From contig JBHIAE010000049.1 in NCBI GenBank assembly GCA_046758445.1, positions 1-21,662 on the forward strand: a stretch of DNA of 21,662 nucleotides. Reading direction: 5' to 3'. The stretch is from Candidatus Thorarchaeota archaeon. Its GTDB lineage: Archaea; Asgardarchaeota; Thorarchaeia; Thorarchaeales; Thorarchaeaceae. Position numbers and translations under genes: made by a program. Below the pieces are notes generated by a model, which ran no database searches, had not been told where the DNA came from, and worked only from the letters and a program-made list of their open reading frames with translations. Shown here piece by piece: positions 1 to 8,227 of this stretch (position 1 is its first letter; each line of letters opens with the position of its first letter).

Positions 1-77
1 CGCTCAGACACACCACTAATTTCTTAACGAGGGTTTCCGCCCCGTGATACCGCTTTTGATGACCCATCCTAGAGGAG

Positions 78-1424
78 ATGGCGATGGCGAGGACGAGAAT
101 CATCATCATGGGTGCGGCGGGTCGTGATTTCCACAACTTCAACGTGTTCTTCAGAGATAATGAGGAATACGAGGTTGTCGCCTTCACTGCAGAACAGATC
201 CCCGGAATCGGAGACAGAATGTACCCTCCGGAACTCTCAGGCAAGATGTATCCAGAAGGCATCAGGATATACCCAGAGGAGATGCTACCGGAGCTGGTTG
301 AGAAGTTTGACGTAGAGCAGTGCATTCTAGCCTATTCTGATCTCTCGTATGATACCGTCGGCCACAAGATTGCCTGGGTCAATAGCATTGGTGCTGATAT
401 TCGACTCATGGGAACCGAAACGACGATGATCAAGAGTAAGACGCCTGTGGTTGCAATCTGTGCAGTTAGAACTGGTTCTGGAAAGAGCCAGACCTCCAGG
501 CGAGTGAATCAAATCCTTGTCGATATGGGTCTAAAGCCTGTGAACATAAGGCATCCAATGCCCTATGACCCTGACCTGAGAACCCAGATTCTGCAGCGCT
601 ATGAAACGCTCAAGGACCTGGACAAGTACAATTGCACTATTGAGGAGAGGGAGGAGTATGAGCCGATGATCAACATGGGGGTGATTCTCTACGCAGGTGT
701 TGATTACGGTGAGATTCTCGAAAAGGCCGAACAGGAGGCAGATGTCATCACGTGGGACGGCGGCAACAATGACTTCCCGTTCTACGAGCCCGACTTGCTG
801 ATAGTGCTAGCAGACCCGCATAGGCCGGGCCATGAGATCTCATACTATCCGGGAGAAACGAATCTGAGAATGGCTGATGTCGTCATAATAAACAAGGTTG
901 AGACCGCTGACTATGACTTTGTTGAGGAGGTAAGAGACAATATCATGGATGTCAATCCTGAAGCCATTATCATCGAGGCTGCCTCGCCTGTCAGGGTCGA
1001 AGACTGGCAACTCATCAGAGGAAAGAGAGTTCTCGTGGTTGAAGATGGCCCTACAGTAACTCACGGAGAGATGCCCTACGGGGCAGGATATGTTGCTGCA
1101 CGCAAGGCTGGAGCCACCATTATTGATCCCCGGCCTTTCGCTGTTGGTTCCATCAAGAAGACCTTTGATAAGTATATGCACCTTGAAGACGTCCTACCTG
1201 CAATGGGGTATGGAAAGAAACAGATGAAAGAACTGGAGGACACCATCAACAAGGCGGACGTCGATGCTGTTGTAATCGGGACTCCGATTGACCTAGCCGG
1301 CCTAATCAAGATTAACAAGCCAAGTGTGCGAATCAGGTACGACCTTCAAGAAATCAGCAAGCCTGACCTGGTTGATGTCCTTTCCGAGTTCGTAGAAACA
1401 CAGAGGCTGACGACAACAGTCTGA
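78..1424 (+). CDS. arcE: COG2403 P-loop enzyme (annotated as GTPase or cyclic 2,3-diphosphoglycerate synthetase-like); most like arginine synthetase ArcE
   Basis: N-terminal IIIMGAAGRDFHNFN, P-loop AVRTGSGKS, RHPMPY, WDGGNND, VEDGPTxTHGxMxxGAG and LPAMGY motifs. SD AGGAG at 73-77 spaces better to ATG 84. Family call is firm; the specific function is inferred. Confidence 0.75.
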   Translation: MAMARTRIIIMGAAGRDFHNFNVFFRDNEEYEVVAFTAEQIPGIGDRMYPPELSGKMYPEGIRIYPEEMLPELVEKFDVEQCILAYSDLSYDTVGHKIAWVNSIGADIRLMGTETTMIKSKTPVVAICAVRTGSGKSQTSRRVNQILVDMGLKPVNIRHPMPYDPDLRTQILQRYETLKDLDKYNCTIEEREEYEPMINMGVILYAGVDYGEILEKAEQEADVITWDGGNNDFPFYEPDLLIVLADPHRPGHEISYYPGETNLRMADVVIINKVETADYDFVEEVRDNIMDVNPEAIIIEAASPVRVEDWQLIRGKRVLVVEDGPTVTHGEMPYGAGYVAARKAGATIIDPRPFAVGSIKKTFDKYMHLEDVLPAMGYGKKQMKELEDTINKADVDAVVIGTPIDLAGLIKINKPSVRIRYDLQEISKPDLVDVLSEFVETQRLTTTV

Positions 1425-1478
1425 CTGCACTTCAAAACAGCTCAATGGTTAACTCCTCACATCTCGTGGGACTGGAAA

Positions 1479-1514
1479 ACCGAACAAAGGGAGCCAGATA
1501 GCTCCCGAATCGGT
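1479..1514 (-). terminator. Hairpin between convergent genes, probable terminator
   Basis: GGGAGC(1489-1494)-6 nt loop-GCTCCC(1501-1506) with outer ACCGA/TCGGT arms; T-rich run (TTTGTTCGGTTTT) follows on the minus strand. Confidence 0.45.
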
Positions 1515-1520
1515 GTCAAA

Positions 1521-2465
1521 TCACCACAACTGCTGCGAGGTTTCTACATCTCTACTCTCTAGGTCTCGATAGAGCACGGCTTGGAAGACGTAGGGAATCG
1601 CGGTGAACAATAGTCCAGCTATCATTCCGGGGATCAGGAGTCCTATCACTCCAAAGCCGAGAACAAGGCCGAAGAGAAACACGCCCACAATGAGGCCGAG
1701 CACTATTGCCACTATGCCCAGAACTATCTGACCAACAAATACGTGCCAGAACTGGCCTCCAGTGAGTTCAAAAGCTCGTCTCAGAGACCCGATCGCGGAC
1801 TTGTCCTCAGCAATCACCACAGCGGCAACTGGCGCAAATCTTACCCCGACATAGACTACCAAGATGAATGTCACCAAGATCAGTACGGATGCTGTGGCTA
1901 GGGCTTCGAGAGTCAAGGGAACAAGTAGGATGTACATTAGAGCAGGCATGAACAGTGCTGCGCTTATGATTCCAACTAGGATCTGTGCAATTATCAACGT
2001 ACCAGCACGGCCCATGGCGAAGCCTACGCTCGACCCCATTTCAGCCTGACGAGAGCCGTAGTCGTCCAAGGAGTACTTTATCGACGCCCCCGCCAAGATG
2101 GCGTATACGACCATGCCAACTAACATCAGAAGAAGGCTCCCAGTGATGAAGGTATTGAGCACGTCGGGAGTAGGCGGACTCTCAAGCATTATCAGGCTAT
2201 AGAGTCCGAAAAAGAAGGAGAACGGATCCGTGCCGAGATAGGGCACTAAGTCAACCGCCAAGGCGAGGTCTTGAAAGAGCATCCAGAGTGCAACGAATTG
2301 GACAACGTTGAACAAAGCGGCCAGCACTCCAATTATCACGAGGAAAGCGAAGATGTTTCTCGCCCACACTGAGAGCGTTCTAGAAACAAGACCCGTCGCA
2401 CTCACCACATAGTCGTAGCGAGGAGCTTCAGGCTGTTCTATGCCTGGTCCTGAATCTATCTCCAT
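1521..2465 (-). CDS. Polytopic membrane protein, GPDPase membrane-domain/YciC-like
   Basis: About 6 long hydrophobic segments; family-type pattern 'PVAAVVIAEDKSAIGSLRRAFELTGGQFW' and C-terminal 'AVLYRDL'; SD AGGTGG upstream. Confidence 0.7.
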   Translation of the reverse strand: MEIDSGPGIEQPEAPRYDYVVSATGLVSRTLSVWARNIFAFLVIIGVLAALFNVVQFVALWMLFQDLALAVDLVPYLGTDPFSFFFGLYSLIMLESPPTPDVLNTFITGSLLLMLVGMVVYAILAGASIKYSLDDYGSRQAEMGSSVGFAMGRAGTLIIAQILVGIISAALFMPALMYILLVPLTLEALATASVLILVTFILVVYVGVRFAPVAAVVIAEDKSAIGSLRRAFELTGGQFWHVFVGQIVLGIVAIVLGLIVGVFLFGLVLGFGVIGLLIPGMIAGLLFTAIPYVFQAVLYRDLESRDVETSQQLW

Positions 2466-2500
2466 AATGAGTCCACCTTCACTGGCAGCACCCGAAGCGG

Positions 2501-2516
2501 CTTATAACTACTTCCG
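2501..2516 (-). promoter_or_regulatory. Archaeal BRE/TATA promoter for the 2465 gene
   Basis: Minus strand reads CGGAAGTAG-TTATAAG about 36 nt upstream of the ATG at 2465. Confidence 0.5.
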
Positions 2517-2712
2517 AAACACTAGCCAGTAGAACTTGCGGGGCTATGGACGGTCATGAAACTTCGACGTGATGTTCGGGTTTCTATGAAGTTCAGGGGC
2601 ACACAACATTCAGTAATACACCCACTGATTAGGGGCACAACGTAGAAATCCATAATAGCATGGGCTTCTTGATTCAAGCGACCCACCACTGCTAGTTCCG
2701 GAGTGTTGAGTA

Positions 2713-3144
2713 TTGTCTGAATCCGATGAGAAACTACAGAGAGGCATCATCGACCTGGAAAAAGGGAACCACAAGAAGGCGTTTGGAGTCTTCAAGGAAG
2801 TGTTCGAGGATCGGAAGGAGAAGTTCCTGAAGAGAGTACAAGAGAATCCTAAATCACCCACGCTGATGCTTGAAGCTTTGCACATGATTCACGCACTAGT
2901 CTGGCTCCGGGTTGCAGAAGCGGGCAAGGACAAGAGAAACGCTCTGGAGTTGTATGGCAAAGCTGTCGGCACCGTTGAGGCTGCGAGATCTGCCCTTGGG
3001 CCTCTTGTCGGTGGACTTGCCCAGTGGGCGAAGGAACAGAACATCAAGGTGGTCTACAACAAGGCCAGGGGGCTTCTGGCAGCGACTACCGATCTTGAAG
3101 AAATGGCAAAGAAGGAGCTAGAAGCCTATCTAAGAATGAAATAG
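2713..3144 (+). CDS. Hypothetical all-helical (TPR-like) protein
   Basis: 143 aa; TTG start with GGAGTG SD; TPR-like patterns 'GIIDLEKGNHKKAFGVF' and 'GKDKRNALELYGKA'. Confidence 0.65.
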   Translation: MSESDEKLQRGIIDLEKGNHKKAFGVFKEVFEDRKEKFLKRVQENPKSPTLMLEALHMIHALVWLRVAEAGKDKRNALELYGKAVGTVEAARSALGPLVGGLAQWAKEQNIKVVYNKARGLLAATTDLEEMAKKELEAYLRMK

Positions 3145-3177
3145 TCACTCCGCCATTCAGACTCATAGGAACGGACT

Positions 3178-3516
3178 CTAGAAATCCTTCATATGATTTG
3201 ACCATTCTCTGGCGGGAAATCTCTCCTTCATCAGTTCAAGCTCAGAAAGGACACTTCCCTCAAGGTCTATCTCGTAGTAGTTTGCAAGCTGGACCAGAAG
3301 AGAGAATACCTGGGCAAACTCGCGGGACATATCATCCCTAGTTGGGCCATCGTGGCCGAGCCCAACTACCTTGTAGCCTTCATCCACTGTAATGTGTCGA
3401 GATATCTCCCCCAGTTCCTCTATCAAGTGAGCAAAAACCAAGGAAGGGCGAAACTTCTCCCAGCCACGCTCCCTCTCGAACGCGGCTATTTTCTTCTGAA
3501 TCTCGCGTAAGTCCAT
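3178..3516 (-). CDS. MazG-like nucleotide pyrophosphohydrolase
   Basis: 'IAAFERERGW...HLIEELGEI...EFAQVFSLLVQLANYYEIDLE' matches the single-domain MazG/dCTPase pattern (second ExxD reads EFAQ). Confidence 0.85.
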   Translation of the reverse strand: MDLREIQKKIAAFERERGWEKFRPSLVFAHLIEELGEISRHITVDEGYKVVGLGHDGPTRDDMSREFAQVFSLLVQLANYYEIDLEGSVLSELELMKERFPAREWSNHMKDF

Positions 3517-4218
3517 CTAGGTCATCCTCTTCGTTATTTGCAGAACCTGAGCTCGGGCTTTATCCAAAGCACCACCGGGGACATCCTTTAGTCTTCCGAG
3601 TACTGTGGATTCTGGGAGTGGGTCCCCTGTGAGAAACATTGCCTCACTCACTGCACCCATGATTTCGGCTGGGGGTAGTGCGGCAATTGGCAGTATGATC
3701 CCCGGTTGAATTCCAGGGAGATTAGTGACGACATTCCAGATTACACTCCCATCTGTGCATCGGCATCTCATAAGGTCTTTCGACCCCTCAAACGGAGATA
3801 TCTGAGTGATTTCCACAGCCAAAAGGTCGACAGCATACGCGGGATCGTCACAATGTTCCACAAGTCGATGCTGGAACCCTCGTCCAATCCGAAGCGCATA
3901 GTCAATCTCTGCGGCTACTACATTCTCACCGCTCGATGCAGGCACATATCCCTGACTGTCAACTGCTGTTCTGAAGAACTCCTCAAAGGTGTCCATCGCA
4001 GCGACAAGATTCTTGGTTGCCTCCATCTCAGACAAGGCCCTTGCCTCTGTATATGCATACTTCACTTCATAGAGCAGTGCCCCGGCCGTCTTCAGAGCAT
4101 CACCTAGTTTCGAGTATTCAATGTGAAGCCGCAACTTACGGTTGCTCACAATCTCATTTAGACGCCTGATGGCATCTTCTAGGACTAACACTCTCGCATC
4201 CTTTGCCGTATCCAACAT
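3517..4218 (-). CDS. Archaeal tRNA-binding protein with C-terminal EMAP/Trbp OB-fold (COG2517-like)
   Basis: N-terminus MLDTAKDARVLVLE; C-terminal 'VVTNL...AALPPAEIMGAVSEAMFL' OB-fold signature; SD GGTGA. Confidence 0.8.
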   Translation of the reverse strand: MLDTAKDARVLVLEDAIRRLNEIVSNRKLRLHIEYSKLGDALKTAGALLYEVKYAYTEARALSEMEATKNLVAAMDTFEEFFRTAVDSQGYVPASSGENVVAAEIDYALRIGRGFQHRLVEHCDDPAYAVDLLAVEITQISPFEGSKDLMRCRCTDGSVIWNVVTNLPGIQPGIILPIAALPPAEIMGAVSEAMFLTGDPLPESTVLGRLKDVPGGALDKARAQVLQITKRMT

Positions 4219-4282
4219 GAATCACCATGAGACTCTCAGCGAGGCCATCAATATTGGACCTATCGCATGGCTAGAGGAGGCG

Positions 4283-4300
4283 CCAAGAAGTGATATAAAG
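4283..4300 (+). promoter_or_regulatory. Putative BRE/TATA promoter for the longin-wHTH gene
   Basis: CCAAGAAGTG-ATATAAAG in the divergent intergenic region. Confidence 0.45.
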
Positions 4301-4356
4301 CTAGATAAACTAACGCGTTCAGACGAATCTATACTCGCCTCATCGGGGTGCTTGCA

Positions 4357-4974
4357 TTGATCCAGGCGTTGTTCATCATAGCCGAAAGCGGACTTTGTCT
4401 TATTAGCAGGGCATATGGACAGGCAGAGGAGGGCGGAATTGATGACAACCTGGTTGGAGGCTTTCTCCAGGCAGTTGGGTCATTTGGTGAAGAGCTCCGT
4501 GGCGGCGGCGTTCTGGAGGACATGTCCTTCAGGGGATTCAAGATCGTCCTCTCGCGACATGAGGGCTTCATGGTTGCTGGAATGATTGACCAGATAGATG
4601 ACAGAATATCCGCAAAAGCTGTCCTGTCGGAAGTGGGAAACGATTTCACGAGTGCATTCAAGGAAACTATCGAAGATTTCGATGGAAGTCTTGACCGCTT
4701 CACCGTCTTCATTCCGAGAATTGATGAGATTACTAAGGATGGACGTGCAGCCGAGAAGAGGGTCATAGTTCCGATACTCAAGGGGAAGGTTTCTCCAATG
4801 CTAGTGAGGCTCGGTCAGATGACTCAGACTGTTTTTGATGTCGCCAAGAAGTGCAAGGGAAAGATGACGTCCAACGACATTGCCTACGAGCTGAAGATCC
4901 CTATCAAAGAGGTCGTAAAGGCCCTTCACACCCTAGAAGACATGCAGATGCTGGAATGGAAGGAGATTGGCTGA
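4357..4974 (+). CDS. Longin-like domain protein with C-terminal winged helix (Asgard type)
   Basis: 'IQALFIIAESGLCLISRAY...DDNLVGGFLQAVGSFGEEL...LEDMSFRGFKIV' longin pattern; C-terminal 'CKGKMTSNDIAYELKIPIKEVVKALHTLEDMQML' HTH. Likely start is TTG 4357 after the GGGGTG SD (ORF track: 4348). Confidence 0.75.
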   Translation: MIQALFIIAESGLCLISRAYGQAEEGGIDDNLVGGFLQAVGSFGEELRGGGVLEDMSFRGFKIVLSRHEGFMVAGMIDQIDDRISAKAVLSEVGNDFTSAFKETIEDFDGSLDRFTVFIPRIDEITKDGRAAEKRVIVPILKGKVSPMLVRLGQMTQTVFDVAKKCKGKMTSNDIAYELKIPIKEVVKALHTLEDMQMLEWKEIG

Positions 4975-5015
4975 AAGGGCCAGCCCCTACCTTTGTTGCA
5001 TTGTGCACTTGGTAT

Positions 5016-5726
5016 CTACTGTGTTTGTCCCCACTCATTACCTGTCGCAATGAGAATCAAGCCTATGACTATTAGTCCAGGTGCTAGCACCCCTGAGATT
5101 GTGTAAGATCCCGCAAACACAACGTCAGCAAGGACGTGTCGGGCGGCGTGAATCACTCTGCCCGCAAACAACACAAAGAAGCCAAGTCCCAATAGAAGGT
5201 TGGACTTCCTGAGTATACCACCTGATTGCCATGCCAAATACCAGAAGAGCAATGGGATGAACAATGCATAAACGGCTCCAGCACCTCCGGACAATGCCTG
5301 TCGGGTAAGTGTTTCAAGCGGAAGAAGTCCGAGAACAATACCAATGACCACAGCTGGGACGGCGAACAGTATCTCCGCCCAACGTTTGCCAAAGATCATG
5401 AAGGCAGCTGTTGCAGATAACACCGCAAGAGCCATCCACTGGAAGAATGCACCGGCACTCAACCAGGGTGTGTGGTCTGGAAGTAGTGGCGTAAAGCCTC
5501 CACCATACAAGGAAGTTGCATCAGCATAGAAGTCTCCAACAAAGTAGAAGCTCCGTCCTATAGCGAGCAATAGGAAGAAGAGGGCCATAGCCAGTTGGAA
5601 TGGATTCCTAGTCTTCCTGTATCGGAAGAACAGAAGAAAGATGAAGATGAAGAAATAGTAGCCAACGACTAAGAACCAAAGTCCAATGTGGACTTCTCTA
5701 ATCACCATATCGATGGTCTGTATCAT
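5016..5726 (-). CDS. Stand-alone 7-transmembrane protein
   Basis: Seven hydrophobic helices by eye and no cytoplasmic output domain. ATG 5726 has a TAGGAG SD (ORF track starts at 5753). Confidence 0.7.
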   Translation of the reverse strand: MIQTIDMVIREVHIGLWFLVVGYYFFIFIFLLFFRYRKTRNPFQLAMALFFLLLAIGRSFYFVGDFYADATSLYGGGFTPLLPDHTPWLSAGAFFQWMALAVLSATAAFMIFGKRWAEILFAVPAVVIGIVLGLLPLETLTRQALSGGAGAVYALFIPLLFWYLAWQSGGILRKSNLLLGLGFFVLFAGRVIHAARHVLADVVFAGSYTISGVLAPGLIVIGLILIATGNEWGQTQ

Positions 5727-5821
5727 TGTGCTCGCTCCTAACGAGTCGCTCACCGTGTGATGACGTTCTGTTCGCTCACCGACAAATAAGTGTATTCTGG
5801 GCCACTGGCCTATTCCTCAAT

Positions 5822-5882
5822 GCATACCAACAAGATATGCGAGTATGATGCAGAGAATATGCCAATCGCATACAACAAGATA
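5822..5882. repeat. Near-perfect direct repeat GCATAC(C)AACAAGATA, two copies
   Basis: Copies at 5822-5837 and 5868-5882, 30 nt apart, in a divergent promoter region. Confidence 0.6.
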
Positions 5883-5925
5883 ACCTCTATATTGGCGAAC
5901 TAGTGTATCTCAGTTCGGTGGTTTC

Positions 5926-6336
5926 TTGAGTTTTCGGCCTGCATGGAAGCTGAAAGCAGCTGATGGAACCGTGACCGAGTTCCAGGATATTAGGCGGAAG
6001 GTAGGCAACCGGATAATCCGAGCATATCTATTAGAAGCTGCTCTCTCGGGTGACCGCGTAGAGAGAATCAAAGCCACTCTGAGAGGACCTAAGAACGAAT
6101 TCAAAGATTTCGACAACTTCTTCGTTCTCTGGGCCAAATCTGAGAATGGTCAATTCCAAATCCTAGTAGAGGCAAATGTCTATGAGAACTTGAGAATCGT
6201 TGCCACTGATACTGCTGCAATAGCGGAGAAAGAGCCTGCCGATATAGTTGCAGTTCTTACAGAAGCATTGGCCCAATTGGATCTGCACGGAACGAAGCTT
6301 GTGATGAGTCAGAATTCCAGAGTCCGGATCAAATAG
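5926..6336 (+). CDS. Hypothetical protein
   Basis: 136 aa; TTG start with GGTGG SD and TATA-like CTATATT upstream; 11 nt before the next gene. Confidence 0.65.
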   Translation: MSFRPAWKLKAADGTVTEFQDIRRKVGNRIIRAYLLEAALSGDRVERIKATLRGPKNEFKDFDNFFVLWAKSENGQFQILVEANVYENLRIVATDTAAIAEKEPADIVAVLTEALAQLDLHGTKLVMSQNSRVRIK

Positions 6337-6347
6337 CACATCATCTG

Positions 6348-6554
6348 ATGGAGGAATCGAGAATGCTCAAAAGATATGCTGACTGTCCTGTCTGTGAACA
6401 GAAGACTGTACTTACAGTGCCTCCAGGTGTTCTCGACAAAACGAAGCGGTTCCCGTTCACCATCAAAGTTGTCCATGATGATCACTACTTCTACATCAAT
6501 ATCGATTCTCAGGCCCGCATAACAGACATTCTCAGTCCAGAACTAGTCGAGTGA
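6348..6554 (+). CDS. Small putative Zn-binding protein (CPxC...HxxH)
   Basis: CPVC and 'VVHDDHYFYINID' motifs; fills the gap up to the convergent PAC2 stop. Confidence 0.65.
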   Translation: MEESRMLKRYADCPVCEQKTVLTVPPGVLDKTKRFPFTIKVVHDDHYFYINIDSQARITDILSPELVE

Positions 6555-6555
6555 T

Positions 6556-7353
6556 TCAGCCAATGTACCTATCACTAGGACTCTTGCCAAGCTCATCTGA
6601 TGGACCCTTCTGCGAAACCTCTGATTTTGCCCAAGAAATGAACTCCATGACTCTGGAAACATCATCATCAAGGATATCGAAAGCTGCCTTGAGGCCCACA
6701 AGTGATCCGATCTTCTCGAGTACTGTCCTCGCGGCCCGGTAGTCCATCTTGATCATTCCGAGGGTTTCTCCGAGCAAACAGGCACCTTCCATATCATACA
6801 TGGAGGCTCCCCACGCGGGGATGAAACCGTTTGCACCGTTGACAACTCCCTCTTTTGTCGCAACGGTCCCATTAATGCCTGAGATTCTTTCAAGTAGGCC
6901 TGCGGAGCTAGCTGACACAAAGACACGCGGGGGAGATGGATACGCATCGAAGAACTCCTGATACCCTGTTTCATATGCCGCTAATGCGAACACCTCCTTG
7001 ACACCAAGGGAGGTGAACTCTTGCACTACGAAATCAGCATACTCGAAAACTCCACGCCCGGAAGCAGGCTGAAAGTCAGCTGTCAGAATCAGGATGTCGT
7101 GAGGTTCATCTGGGGCTGCCTTGTACAACAGAATAGAGCTCTTCGGAAAATGGCTTATCCCATCCTTGACCATTATACGAGGAGGGAAGTCATCTGCAAA
7201 GAAGTCCATTACTGGCTTTGCATCTAGCACTGCTGCGAGTGTTTCAACAGCGATTCTTCCCACACTTGCTATTCCTGGAAGACCTAATACTGCGACGGGA
7301 CTTTTCAAAGAGGCTTCATCGACATCAACAAATCGCCGTGTGTACATTGACAT
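6556..7353 (-). CDS. PAC2 family proteasome assembly chaperone
   Basis: GLPGIASVGRIA, 'DFPP', 'ADFQP', 'GACLLGET', 'DYRAARTVL' and C-terminal RYIG. Start probably ATG 7353 (ORF track: 7389). Confidence 0.88.
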   Translation of the reverse strand: MSMYTRRFVDVDEASLKSPVAVLGLPGIASVGRIAVETLAAVLDAKPVMDFFADDFPPRIMVKDGISHFPKSSILLYKAAPDEPHDILILTADFQPASGRGVFEYADFVVQEFTSLGVKEVFALAAYETGYQEFFDAYPSPPRVFVSASSAGLLERISGINGTVATKEGVVNGANGFIPAWGASMYDMEGACLLGETLGMIKMDYRAARTVLEKIGSLVGLKAAFDILDDDVSRVMEFISWAKSEVSQKGPSDELGKSPSDRYIG

Positions 7354-7411
7354 CCGTTCCTGACAAGGGATTCTTGGGGATGAACACATTAAGTACTATC
7401 GGTGCTGGAAA

Positions 7412-8164
7412 CTAGAGACCATAGAACTCGGAGGCACTTTGAGTGGTCACGTCAGCCACCTGTTCCACAGGCTGGTCCAACACTTCGGCAAGTGACTGAC
7501 ACCCGATTGCGATGTTTGCAGGCTCGTTCCGTGTTTCCGTTGGGGATAGATAGGGCCCATCCGTTTCAAGCAGAATCTGCTCCAAAGGTAGTGCTTTGGC
7601 TGCACTGACACGATTGCGATATCTAATGAAGTTCGCTGGAAGAGTTATGTGCCATCCATGATCGGCCACCGTTCGAGCTACATCAAGAGTACCGTCAAAA
7701 CAATGCATTAGTACCCCATTTGCGGCATGCTTCTCCAGAATTGAAACTGCTTCAGCTTCAGCCTTTCTCGAGTGAATCACAAGCGGAAGGCCCAACTCGT
7801 TCGCGAGTTCTATGAACATGAGGAACAATGGCTCCTGCCCCCTACGCTTGGCCGAATCCCTGACCCAATGATAATCTAGACCGACTTCGCCAACGGCCAC
7901 AAGATCCTTGGCATATTTCCGCGTTAGTTCGATTGTCTTCTCCGCAGTTTCATTGGTCAGAGTCGATGCTTGACCACCTGCACTGTGATATATGAAACTG
8001 CTGTGCTTCTTTACGATTCCCAAGGTACGCCGGAAGGAACCTGGACCTATGGAAGAGGTCACCATTCCAACGAGTCCGGCTTTCTTCGCTCTATCTATTA
8101 CTCGGTCAATGTCGTTCTTGAAATGCCTCATGTCAATGTGAGTATGTGCATCAAAGAGCTGCAT
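7412..8164 (-). CDS. tatD: TatD family metal-dependent nuclease/hydrolase
   Basis: DAHTH, VGEVGLDYH, IHSR, MHCF, LLETDGPY and RNEPA motifs. Confidence 0.92.
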   Translation of the reverse strand: MQLFDAHTHIDMRHFKNDIDRVIDRAKKAGLVGMVTSSIGPGSFRRTLGIVKKHSSFIYHSAGGQASTLTNETAEKTIELTRKYAKDLVAVGEVGLDYHWVRDSAKRRGQEPLFLMFIELANELGLPLVIHSRKAEAEAVSILEKHAANGVLMHCFDGTLDVARTVADHGWHITLPANFIRYRNRVSAAKALPLEQILLETDGPYLSPTETRNEPANIAIGCQSLAEVLDQPVEQVADVTTQSASEFYGL

Positions 8165-8227
8165 AATCCGAATGACTCTCCTTCTGTTGTAACTATGCTG
8201 TCCGATTGTTATTGACCTGGGTAATGG

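Noticed and set aside
2578-2651. SECIS element (ATGA...GA in a stem)
   Set aside because: No neighbouring gene has an in-frame TGA at a Cys-equivalent position, it lies 5' of both flanking genes, and the geometry does not fit well.
2610-2885. 91-aa minus-strand ORF spanning the intergenic element
   Set aside because: Mostly antisense to the 2713-3144 gene, with no recognisable motifs or RBS.
5016-5726. Rhodopsin
   Set aside because: No Schiff-base Lys in helix 7 and no rhodopsin helix-3 motif.
5757-5810. C/D box sRNA starting at a perfect GTGATGA box C
   Set aside because: No terminal CTGA box D (only CTGG) and no clear C' box; it overlaps the upstream region of the 7TM gene.
5822-5882. 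Mini CRISPR array (repeat-30 nt-repeat)
   Set aside because: Only two 15-16 nt copies, too short for CRISPR repeats, and no cas genes nearby.
6556-6570. HbYX proteasome-activating tail on PAC2
   Set aside because: The C-terminus is RYIG with Tyr third from last, not penultimate; this ending is typical of one ordinary archaeal PAC2 subfamily.
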